DNA of 33,827 nt, taken from the IMG/VR virus record IMGVR_UViG_3300031853_000169. The stretch is one strand, 5' to 3'. The notes under the pieces are model-generated. The model saw nothing but the letters and a program-made list of their open reading frames with translations, did not search any database and had not been told where the DNA came from. The stretch comes from a virus. Position 1 is the first letter of the stretch. The number at the start of each line of letters is the position of its first letter. A program made the translations under genes and the position numbers. Positions 1 to 7,020 of the stretch are shown piece after piece.

Positions 1-127
1 AAGAAAACAAGGATTGGAAAGAAGAATATGCATATATTAACAAAGTCAGTTACGGCTATTACAAAGAACTGAAAGAAGCAAAGCGACTTCTGAAAGCGGC
101 GGTTGAGGATTTCAGGATATTAGGAAC
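1..127. repeat. 127-bp exact direct repeat of the window ends (1-127 = 33701-33827); overlap signature of a circular or circularly permuted assembly
   Basis: Compared base by base; all 127 nt are identical. The repeat lies inside an ORF, so it is an assembly overlap rather than a non-coding terminal repeat. Confidence 0.95.
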
Positions 128-269
128 TATGCTTGAAGACGGACACGGTCACTGCACAGCAGAAATAAGCTGTGATGAATGTATGCTTGGCGGTGGAAAC
201 TTAGCTGATGATTGCCAGTGGCGGCACGAAGCTGAAGTCCTGAAGCTGATAGAGGAGGAAGAAGAATGA
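1..269 (+). CDS. 3' part of a junction-spanning hypothetical protein (continues from 33592-33700; codon phase starts at position 3)
   Basis: The frame is open from position 3 to TGA 267-269. The stop overlaps the next ATG (ATGA at 266-269). Total length is 125 aa on the circular map. The C-terminal part has a Cys/His cluster (HGHCTAEISCDECMLGG...DDCQW). Confidence 0.6.
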   Translation, partial: ENKDWKEEYAYINKVSYGYYKELKEAKRLLKAAVEDFRILGTMLEDGHGHCTAEISCDECMLGGGNLADDCQWRHEAEVLKLIEEEEE

Positions 270-676
270 AGTCAATCAACTGTTCCGCTTGCCGGAAAAA
301 GATATACAAGGAAGCAGAAGATGCGTACTTGAAGAACGAGTTCGCATACTTCGAGAACGCTGCTTACAGCATGGCTATTTTTGCCACTATAGCGGCACTA
401 TCTGTACAGCATAGGCGTGGCAGGTCAGCAGCATATATACGCAAGTTCTTCGATGAAATGTGCTTTATATTCGATTATCCAGAATTCTTTGGAAAGAGAC
501 TCGACATGATTGAAATGAAGCAGTTCTTTGAGAGTAGATACGGAATAGACTTTAACAAGATAAAACTACATCTTGAATCCGAAAAAGAATTCATTCACGA
601 TGTAAAAAAAGGAGATTTGAGAAAGGTAGGAGGAGCTTTGGAGTTGACCGAAGAGGGCGGTGATCCGGGTGACTGA
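266..676 (+). CDS. Hypothetical protein (136 aa), function unknown
   Basis: ORF-track entry. The ATG overlaps the upstream stop, and GAGGAGGAAGAAG lies upstream as a ribosome-binding site. An N-terminal CSAC motif is followed by a hydrophobic stretch. No family recognised. Confidence 0.6.
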   Translation: MKSINCSACRKKIYKEAEDAYLKNEFAYFENAAYSMAIFATIAALSVQHRRGRSAAYIRKFFDEMCFIFDYPEFFGKRLDMIEMKQFFESRYGIDFNKIKLHLESEKEFIHDVKKGDLRKVGGALELTEEGGDPGD

Positions 677-839
677 GCGGAAATTCAAGACTCTCCGCAA
701 GAGAAAGCCGAAAGGATATGTCCCCTACCCTCAGAGAATGACGATACCTGAGATAATCCGGGAATGTAACCGTCTTGGCATCACCTATGGGGAGTTCCAG
801 GCAAGGAGGCGAGCTGATGACCGAAAAAGAAATGCGTGA
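669..839 (+). CDS. Possible small ORF (up to 56 aa; alternative starts GTG 660, GTG 669, ATG 738), absent from the ORF track
   Basis: Hand translation gives VTERKFKTLRKRKPKGYVPYPQRMTIPEIIRECNRLGITYGEFQARRRADDRKRNA. It fills the 676-817 gap and is basic with a short helix-turn-helix-like segment. Start signals are weak. Confidence 0.3.
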   Translation: MTERKFKTLRKRKPKGYVPYPQRMTIPEIIRECNRLGITYGEFQARRRADDRKRNA

Positions 840-1230
840 CTTCCTTGAAAGCCACTTTTATGCAAGCAAGAAGATAACCGCACTCGAAGCCGAACGCAGA
901 CAGCTCAGAATGAACGCTGCAGGCGGTGCAGTCAGTTACGAGGGTAATTATACTCCCCTGCACTCAAACGGCACAGAACGCATCCTGATGCGTCTTGCAG
1001 ACGAAGAGGAAGCGATCGATGAGCAGATAGTTCAGCTAAGGGAGCAGCAGCACAAGGTCAGAGTCCTGATATCAGAGCTGCATGACAACGATCTCGAAGC
1101 GGTTCTGATCTACCGGTACATACTTCATCATACGATAGAACAATCAGCAGAGCAGCTCGGCTATCATCCGAATACGGTCAAAGGAAAGATCAAAAAGGCA
1201 GTTGCAAAACTTTGTACCAAAATGTCTTGA
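817..1230 (+). CDS. Sigma-70 region-4-like DNA-binding protein, candidate late-gene activator (DUF1492/ArpU-RinA-like)
   Basis: AAGGAGG at 803-809 sits 7 nt before ATG 817, whereas the track start TTG 775 lacks a ribosome-binding site. The C-terminal NDLEAVLIYRYILHHTIEQSAEQLGYHPNTVKGKIKKAVAKL looks like a sigma region-4 HTH. The gene sits directly upstream of the structural genes. Confidence 0.6.
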   Translation: MTEKEMRDFLESHFYASKKITALEAERRQLRMNAAGGAVSYEGNYTPLHSNGTERILMRLADEEEAIDEQIVQLREQQHKVRVLISELHDNDLEAVLIYRYILHHTIEQSAEQLGYHPNTVKGKIKKAVAKLCTKMS

Positions 1231-1309
1231 AATGTCCGTTGATAAGTGCTAAGATGATATCATGAGATGAACAACAAAGGACATTTTGAACCTCCTGAAA
1301 TGATCAGAG

Positions 1310-1339
1310 TACCGCCGCAATAGTGGCGGTATTTCTGTT
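1310..1339 (+). terminator. Weak intrinsic-terminator-like hairpin after the regulator gene
   Basis: TACCGCC-gcaatagt-GGCGGTA (7-bp stem, 8-nt loop) followed by TTTCTGTT. Confidence 0.35.
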
Positions 1340-1440
1340 ATAGGGGGGAGGGGTACCCTTGCCTTGCTCCCTCCGGAGTTCACAGCGTCACTGCTCAAAT
1401 TTCTCGCTGAATAGCTGCTCGAAGAGGTGAAAAGGGAAAT

Positions 1441-2670
1441 ATGAAAATATATGGAATGCCATATCTCAAAAGTAAACTTGCAAATAAAAGCAGCCGTGTA
1501 AAAATGCGGTACAACTACTATGAAATGAAGAATAAAATGCGGAAGATAAATGCTCTGATACCGCCGGAGTTCCGAAGTCTGACGTACTCTCTTGGCTGGT
1601 GTGCGAAAGCTGTTGACAGTATCGCTGACCGCCTTATCTATGACGGCTTCAGTGATGATGATTTCAGGATAGGGCAGATATATGCACTGAACAACTCTGA
1701 TGTGCTTTTTGACAGTGCGAACTTATCGGCTCTGATTTCATCATGCAGTTTCCTTTACATAGATATCAACGGAAACGACTATCCACGTATTGAGTGCATT
1801 GACGGAGAAAACGCTACAGGAATCATTGACACAGCTACCAATATGTTGACTGAAGGCTACGCTGTTCTTGAACGTGATGAGTATGGAAAGCCTATTTCAG
1901 AAGCCTATTTTCTGCCGTTCCGGACGGAGTATTATGAATCCGGTGAACTGGTTGATGTATATGAGCATACAGCACCTTATCCGCTTCTTGTACCGATAAT
2001 CAACCGACCGGACGCAAAGCGTCCCTTTGGACATTCGAGGATATCACGCACCTGCATGGATATCGTGCAGAGTGCATTCAGGACGATGCAGAGGTCAGAA
2101 GTCAGTGCTGAATTTTATTCAGTCCCGCAGAAATATGTTGTTGGGATCTCACAGGACGCTGAATTTGATAACAGAAAAGCAACTCTCAGCTCATTCCTGA
2201 AATTCACCAAAGACGATGAAGGAGGCAAGCCATCTCTCGGACAGTTCGAGCAGCAGTCGATGACTCCGCATCTGGAACACATGAAGATGCTCGCTTCGAT
2301 GTTTGCCGGGGAGACAGGCCTGACGCTCGATGATCTCGGCTTCAACACCGGAAATCCTGCAAGCTATGACGCTATCAGAGCAAGCCACGAACAGCTCCGC
2401 CTGACTGCACGGAAAGCTCAGAGGACTTTCGGAGTCGGATTCCTGAATGCCGGATATCTCGCTGCCTGTATACGTGATAATATCACATATGAAAGATATG
2501 CCTTTGCTGGCTGCAAGTGTCAGTGGTATCCCATATTCGAGCCTGACGCTACCGCCCTCGGTGCTGCCGGTGATGCGATCTATAAGATTAACGAAGCCGT
2601 TCCCGGTTTTATCGGTGCTGAGAATATCCACCGTCTGACAGGCTTGGAGAGTGATACAAATGACCGCTGA
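1441..2670 (+). CDS. Portal protein (SPP1 Gp6-like)
   Basis: 409 aa. Sequence character is typical of SPP1-type portals (e.g. RPDAKRPFGHSRISR, SVPQKYVVG). Its 3' end overlaps the MuF-like gene. The call rests on recalled homology plus synteny. Confidence 0.85.
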   Translation: MKIYGMPYLKSKLANKSSRVKMRYNYYEMKNKMRKINALIPPEFRSLTYSLGWCAKAVDSIADRLIYDGFSDDDFRIGQIYALNNSDVLFDSANLSALISSCSFLYIDINGNDYPRIECIDGENATGIIDTATNMLTEGYAVLERDEYGKPISEAYFLPFRTEYYESGELVDVYEHTAPYPLLVPIINRPDAKRPFGHSRISRTCMDIVQSAFRTMQRSEVSAEFYSVPQKYVVGISQDAEFDNRKATLSSFLKFTKDDEGGKPSLGQFEQQSMTPHLEHMKMLASMFAGETGLTLDDLGFNTGNPASYDAIRASHEQLRLTARKAQRTFGVGFLNAGYLAACIRDNITYERYAFAGCKCQWYPIFEPDATALGAAGDAIYKINEAVPGFIGAENIHRLTGLESDTNDR

Positions 2671-4024
2671 CGACCTCATCAGACTCATAGAAATGCGTAC
2701 TTCACTGAAGCTGCGGAGCTTGCAGAAACGCATTGAAAGCGGCACGGCAACGCTCCGGGATTCGTTTGAATATTCGGCAGCAGTCGCCGGTATAACCGGA
2801 CTCGTTTTGTCGGAAAACATCATCGGCATCACTCCGGAAGAACGTGAGCTGATATGCACTGCACTTCTCCGGCAGAACCACCGGGAAGTCAATGATATCT
2901 TCGCTCAGGTCCAGGAGAATATCGACCGCAGGAACGGTCTGACGCTCCGTCCCCGGCAGGGAGAATTTCCGGCTGAAAGAGTGCAGCAGTTCGCACACTC
3001 GCTCGTGGATCCGACCGTGGAAGAAAGTGTTATCCGCCGGCGTGCAAGGAGCGGAACGGAAAATATCACGCTCTCTTTCCACGATGACAGCGTCCGGGAG
3101 AACGCAAAGTTCCGCAATGATGCTGGTCTGAAATGCTACATAGAGCGTATCGGTTCAAGCTGCTGCGACTGGTGTACCGAGGTCGCCGGAAAATATCTTT
3201 TCGGAACTCAGCCGAAAGACATCTTCCGCAGACACGATAACTGCGACTGCGTTATCATCTATGACAACAAGGTTCTTCGGGGAAAGCTCAACGAAAAAGG
3301 TGAAAGCACCAAAACTTGGGAGGAAGTTCCCGATACCGAACGAGCCGACTACACTCCCGAAAGACTTTCCCGACAGCAGGCGGAAAAGCTACAGAATCAG
3401 AAACTTTCCCAAATTCGTGGAATACGTGTTGACAATTCCGGCAGAAGTGGTATAATATCAAGTAGAGGAAGCGGAAAAAATCCACAGCAAAGTGAACATA
3501 TAGTTGAAAGAATCGGAGAATTAGATTTCAATGATAAAAGAGCTATCGCAAAGTCTTTACAAGAATTTGAATATAAGTATAAAGACAGCAGAATTGAACA
3601 TTGCATAGTTTTTTGCACAAATGGCGAAGTTTATGAAGTACATGGCGACCTTGATACTGTTGATACTGAATTGCTTGGCGAGAAAATGAAAGGTAGTACT
3701 AATGAACATAATCATGTTACCGGAGAAAGTCAGTATTCATTTAGTTGGGAGGATCTTAGTTCTTCAGCAAAAGACGGTTCACATATTGTTATGGCTTATG
3801 ATGAAAAATACCGATATTCAATGATATTTCCTGAATATAAACTTAATCTCGATGAAGTAGAGCAGGCATATATTGATGCTGATAATGAAGTTGGAACTAT
3901 TAATTCAATAAGCTATACATTAAGACAACAAAAAGAAATATCTGATGAAGATTATCAACATGAAGTAATAAAGCGTGCTTGTGAAAGGCTTGGTGTTAAA
4001 TATGAACGAAAACGAAAGGCTTGA
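2660..4024 (+). CDS. Head-morphogenesis protein, SPP1 gp7 / Mu F family, fused to an unrecognised ~190-aa C-terminal domain
   Basis: The N-terminal ~255 aa carry the family Cys/His cluster SSCCDWCTEVAGKY...RRHDNCDCVIIY. A G/S-rich linker (SGRSGIISSRGSGKN) follows, then an AT-rich-encoded C-terminal domain. ATG 2660 is preferred (GGAGAG 8 nt upstream); GTG 2651 is an alternative start. Confidence 0.8.
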   Translation: MTADDLIRLIEMRTSLKLRSLQKRIESGTATLRDSFEYSAAVAGITGLVLSENIIGITPEERELICTALLRQNHREVNDIFAQVQENIDRRNGLTLRPRQGEFPAERVQQFAHSLVDPTVEESVIRRRARSGTENITLSFHDDSVRENAKFRNDAGLKCYIERIGSSCCDWCTEVAGKYLFGTQPKDIFRRHDNCDCVIIYDNKVLRGKLNEKGESTKTWEEVPDTERADYTPERLSRQQAEKLQNQKLSQIRGIRVDNSGRSGIISSRGSGKNPQQSEHIVERIGELDFNDKRAIAKSLQEFEYKYKDSRIEHCIVFCTNGEVYEVHGDLDTVDTELLGEKMKGSTNEHNHVTGESQYSFSWEDLSSSAKDGSHIVMAYDEKYRYSMIFPEYKLNLDEVEQAYIDADNEVGTINSISYTLRQQKEISDEDYQHEVIKRACERLGVKYERKRKA

Positions 4025-4217
4025 AGAATATAAAAACAAAATATATGCTGCTCAGGAAAATTATAAAAAAGAGTTTTCAGAGTTTATGAAACGCAGAAAA
4101 AATTACACTAAACTTGATGAAGGTGTTCGTGAGGAAAAAGAAATTCGTAAGAGATTTTTTGATAAACTTGAAGCACTTTCAAACGAATATAAAGATGTAC
4201 TTGAAACCGCCCATTAA
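4002..4217 (+). CDS. Small K/E-rich helical protein (71 aa); candidate partner or immunity protein for the MuF C-terminal domain
   Basis: ATG 4002 overlaps the MuF 3' end; alternative GTG/TTG starts exist from 3975. It has the same AT-rich composition as the MuF C-terminal region. Its stop codon lies in the loop of a terminator hairpin. Confidence 0.55.
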   Translation: MNENERLEEYKNKIYAAQENYKKEFSEFMKRRKNYTKLDEGVREEKEIRKRFFDKLEALSNEYKDVLETAH

Positions 4218-4228
4218 GGCGGTTTTTT
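4204..4228 (+). terminator. Rho-independent terminator 1
   Basis: AAACCGCC-cattaa-GGCGGTTT followed by a T-run (TTTTTT). Confidence 0.75.
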
Positions 4229-4245
4229 CATACCCAAACGCAAAA

Positions 4246-4268
4246 AGCACCGCAAAGGTGCTGTTTTT
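4246..4268 (+). terminator. Rho-independent terminator 2 (in tandem with terminator 1)
   Basis: AGCACC-gcaaa-GGTGCT followed by GTTTTTA. Confidence 0.65.
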
Positions 4269-4288
4269 ATACCCGAAAGGAGAATCCC

Positions 4289-4642
4289 ATGCAGAAATCA
4301 AGAGATGCACCCTGCAAACGTCCTGACCACAACGGCACTCAGAGGGCGCAGTTTGAATCCAACAAGAAAAAGATATATGCAACGCAGGAAATATGCGGAA
4401 TCTGCGGAAAACCTGTTGATTTCGGGTTTAAATTCCCGCACCCGATGAGTCCGTGTATCGACCATATCATTCCGGTAGCCAAAGGCGGACACCCGTCCGA
4501 TATCAGCAACTTGCAGTTAGCCCATATGTGCTGCAACCGTCAGAAGTCCGACAAGCTCATGCCGAAACAGCAGTTCAGCACTGCTCCGGAAGTCGTTTCA
4601 AACAGGCTTCTGCCTCATACTTTCGACTGGAAGAATATATAA
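4289..4642 (+). CDS. HNH endonuclease, terminase-associated
   Basis: CGICGKPV...CIDHIIPVAKGGHPSDISNLQLAHMCCNRQKSD shows an HNH motif with a Cys zinc site. AAAGGAGA ribosome-binding site. The stop shares a base with the terminase start (TAATG). Confidence 0.9.
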   Translation: MQKSRDAPCKRPDHNGTQRAQFESNKKKIYATQEICGICGKPVDFGFKFPHPMSPCIDHIIPVAKGGHPSDISNLQLAHMCCNRQKSDKLMPKQQFSTAPEVVSNRLLPHTFDWKNI

Positions 4643-6051
4643 TGCCTGAAAGAACAGGAAAACAAACTCCGACAGTTTCCGTTGTTCTGCCTTATACCGA
4701 ATCCTGCGGAACAGAAGCAGCGGAGATATACAACCGTTCCGGACGAACTGCACAGCCGTGGCAGGAGCTTATGCTTGAAGATATCATGGCGGTAAACGAG
4801 GACGGACTCTGGGTGCACATGAAATTCGGCTGGTCTATCCCCAGACGAAACGGAAAATCCGAACTGCTGATAATGCGTTCACTGTGGGGAATAACTCATG
4901 GCAGACGTGTGCTTTATACTGCTCACAGAACAACGACTTCTCACGGGGCATGGGAAAAAGTCATCGAGCGTCTTGCAAAAGCCGGATATATCGAGGGCGA
5001 GGACTTCAAAACAACAAAGCAGTTCGGCCTTGAACATATCGAATGGCTGTCCTCAGAGGCAGTAATAAATTTCAGGACACGTTCTTCAAAGGGTGGTCTT
5101 GGTGAGGGTTACGATGACCTTATAATTGACGAGGCACAGGAATATACATCAGATCAGGAATCAGCTCTAAAATACGTTGTCACTGATTCAAAGAACCCTC
5201 AGACGCTTATGTGCGGAACTCCACCGACCGCTGTTTCTTCCGGTACAGTTTTTGTCACCTACAGGCAGGAATGCTTGTCAGGCGATGCTCAGGACTGTGG
5301 CTGGGCGGAATGGTCTGTTCCGGCTCTTACCGATGCTCATGATCCGGAACTCTGGTATGAAACAAATCCTTCACTTGGCTATATCCTGACAGAAAGAACT
5401 ATCCGTTCAGAGCTTGGGAAGGATCAGGTCGATGATAATATCCAGCGTCTTGGACTGTGGCTCAGATACAATCAGAAATCGGCTATTTCAGAAGAAGAAT
5501 GGCAGCAGTACAAACTTAAATCAGCTCCAGTACTGCCGGAAGATATCAGACTATATTATGGCATAAAATACAGGAATGGCAGTGTTTCTCTTGCTGTTGC
5601 AGTCCGGACGGCTGATGATAAGATATTCGTTGAAGATATCGACTGCCGTTCCGTTCGTGACGGGAATTCGTGGATAATTGACTATCTGCGGAATCCTCAT
5701 ACTGCTTCTGTTGTGATAGACGGTGCAGGAGAACAGACGATTCTTGCAAATGATATGAAAGATGCTGATGTTAAATGCAAGCCGGTTCTGCCGGCTGTCA
5801 AGGAAGTGATCTCTGCGAACGCTCTCTTTGAAAAGAAACTTTTCGAGGGACTTATCTGCCATACCGGACAGCCTGCACTTGTTCAGGCTGTTTCCAACTG
5901 TGAACATAGAGCTATCGGAAACTCCGGCGGATTCGGATATGTCTCTATTTTAGAGGGAACTGATATCTCACTGCTTGAAGCCGTACCTCTGGCTGTATGG
6001 CAGTGCAGCAGTTCAAATAAAGTCAAGAAAAAACAAATCATTACATATTGA
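4642..6051 (+). CDS. terL: Terminase large subunit
   Basis: Walker A-like PRRNGKSE and Walker B LIIDEAQEY, with a C-terminal nuclease-type half. The track start at 4453 lies inside the HNH gene and was rejected in favour of ATG 4642. Confidence 0.9.
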   Translation: MPERTGKQTPTVSVVLPYTESCGTEAAEIYNRSGRTAQPWQELMLEDIMAVNEDGLWVHMKFGWSIPRRNGKSELLIMRSLWGITHGRRVLYTAHRTTTSHGAWEKVIERLAKAGYIEGEDFKTTKQFGLEHIEWLSSEAVINFRTRSSKGGLGEGYDDLIIDEAQEYTSDQESALKYVVTDSKNPQTLMCGTPPTAVSSGTVFVTYRQECLSGDAQDCGWAEWSVPALTDAHDPELWYETNPSLGYILTERTIRSELGKDQVDDNIQRLGLWLRYNQKSAISEEEWQQYKLKSAPVLPEDIRLYYGIKYRNGSVSLAVAVRTADDKIFVEDIDCRSVRDGNSWIIDYLRNPHTASVVIDGAGEQTILANDMKDADVKCKPVLPAVKEVISANALFEKKLFEGLICHTGQPALVQAVSNCEHRAIGNSGGFGYVSILEGTDISLLEAVPLAVWQCSSSNKVKKKQIITY

Positions 6052-6066
6052 AACAGGAGGAATAAC

Positions 6067-7017
6067 ATGGATAAAGCAACACTTGAAAAGATAAATCAGT
6101 TTACACGCCGTGAATTTACGGAAGAAGAGCTGTATATCTTCCCTGTCAAACTTTGCGGAAATGAAATTGACCGTGACGGTGAATGCTTTTCAGATAATGC
6201 ACTTGAAAAGATGAAAGAACTGTTTATCGGCACAACTGTTATCTGCGACCATAATCCGAGTACAGATAATCAGACCGCACGTATCTTTGATACAGAGGTC
6301 ATAGCTGATGCCGGAGCTGTTACAAAATACGGTCAGCCTTACAAGTACCTCAAAGGTATGGCTTACATGGTGCGTACCGATAAAAACAAGGACATAATCA
6401 CCGAAATAGATGCCGGTATCAAAAAAGAAGTAAGTGTCGGCTGTTCAGATTCAAAGAGGATATGTTCTGTCTGCGGTTCTGAGGTCGGAGCTGAAGGCTG
6501 TCTGCATCAGAAAGGCAAGATATACGACGGCAAACTTTGCTATCATATTATTGATAACATAACAGATGCCTATGAATTAAGCTTTGTTGCTGTTCCGGCT
6601 CAGGCTGATGCCGGAATTACAAAGAAATACGAAACTAAAGGAGGAAATGACATGGAGAATACCTACACACAGGAACAGCTCAATGAAGCTGTAAAGGCTG
6701 CTGAAATGAAGTATGCAGGCTGGATATCTCCGGAAGATCACCAGAAAGCTATTGATATGCTTTCCGCTGAAAAGAAAAGCTCTGAACTCGCTCTGCTCAG
6801 GCTCAAAACAGCAAGTGAAACCGGACTTCCGTCCGAACTCGCTGACCGCCTGACAGGTTCTTCCGAGGAAGAACTGAAAAAGGATGCTGAAAAGCTCGCT
6901 TCACTTATCAAACCCGCACATCAGACACGCTCACGCTCGACAGAATCAGGCAGCGGACTTTCCGGAGTAGAAGCAGCTTTCTACGCTAAAAACCCCGAAC
7001 TCAGAAAGGAGAACTAA
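6067..7017 (+). CDS. Prohead protease (HK97 S78/U35-like) fused to a scaffold-like C-terminal region
   Basis: AGGAGG ribosome-binding site. The N-terminal DRDGECFSDNAL...VICDHNPS pattern resembles prohead proteases and contains a CSVCG...GCLH zinc knuckle. The C-terminal ~110 aa are charged and helical (ELALLRLK, EEELKKDAEKLAS). Confidence 0.7.
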   Translation: MDKATLEKINQFTRREFTEEELYIFPVKLCGNEIDRDGECFSDNALEKMKELFIGTTVICDHNPSTDNQTARIFDTEVIADAGAVTKYGQPYKYLKGMAYMVRTDKNKDIITEIDAGIKKEVSVGCSDSKRICSVCGSEVGAEGCLHQKGKIYDGKLCYHIIDNITDAYELSFVAVPAQADAGITKKYETKGGNDMENTYTQEQLNEAVKAAEMKYAGWISPEDHQKAIDMLSAEKKSSELALLRLKTASETGLPSELADRLTGSSEEELKKDAEKLASLIKPAHQTRSRSTESGSGLSGVEAAFYAKNPELRKEN

Positions 7018-7020
7018 ACT

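Noticed and set aside
1-127. The 127-bp end repeat as a biological direct terminal repeat or LTR-like element.
   Set aside because: It falls in the middle of a continuous ORF and has no flanking non-coding context. Assembly overlap of a circular molecule is the simpler explanation.
1254-1263. The ATGATATCAT palindrome as an extra repressor operator outside the switch.
   Set aside because: The half-sites are in the opposite arrangement (ATGATA/TATCAT abutting) and lack the N5 spacer seen in O1 and O2. A 10-bp AT-rich palindrome centred on GATATC is plausible by chance.
3700-3760. The NEHNHVTGESQYSFSWED segment in the MuF C-terminal domain as a JAMM/MPN (HxH...SxxD) or HNH-type catalytic motif.
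   Set aside because: The spacing does not match the canonical HxHx7Sx2D, and the preceding strand is polar rather than hydrophobic. An HNH assignment would need a beta-beta-alpha context I cannot verify by eye. It is kept only as a hint; the domain is reported as unknown.
4229-4280. ATACCC(A/G)AA direct repeats flanking the second terminator hairpin as a target-site duplication of a mini-insertion.
   Set aside because: Only 6-8 nt match with one mismatch, and no terminal inverted repeats or other mobile-element hallmarks are present. This is too short to distinguish from chance.
4453-4641. Upstream-extended ORF-track starts: 4453 for terminase, 775 for the regulator, 25872 for Sak4-like, 23074, 17958, 23535.
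   Set aside because: The extensions overlap the preceding gene in another frame and lack ribosome-binding sites. Internal ATGs at 4642, 817, 25908, 23146, 17988 and 23544 have AGGAGG-type sites at 6-10 nt.
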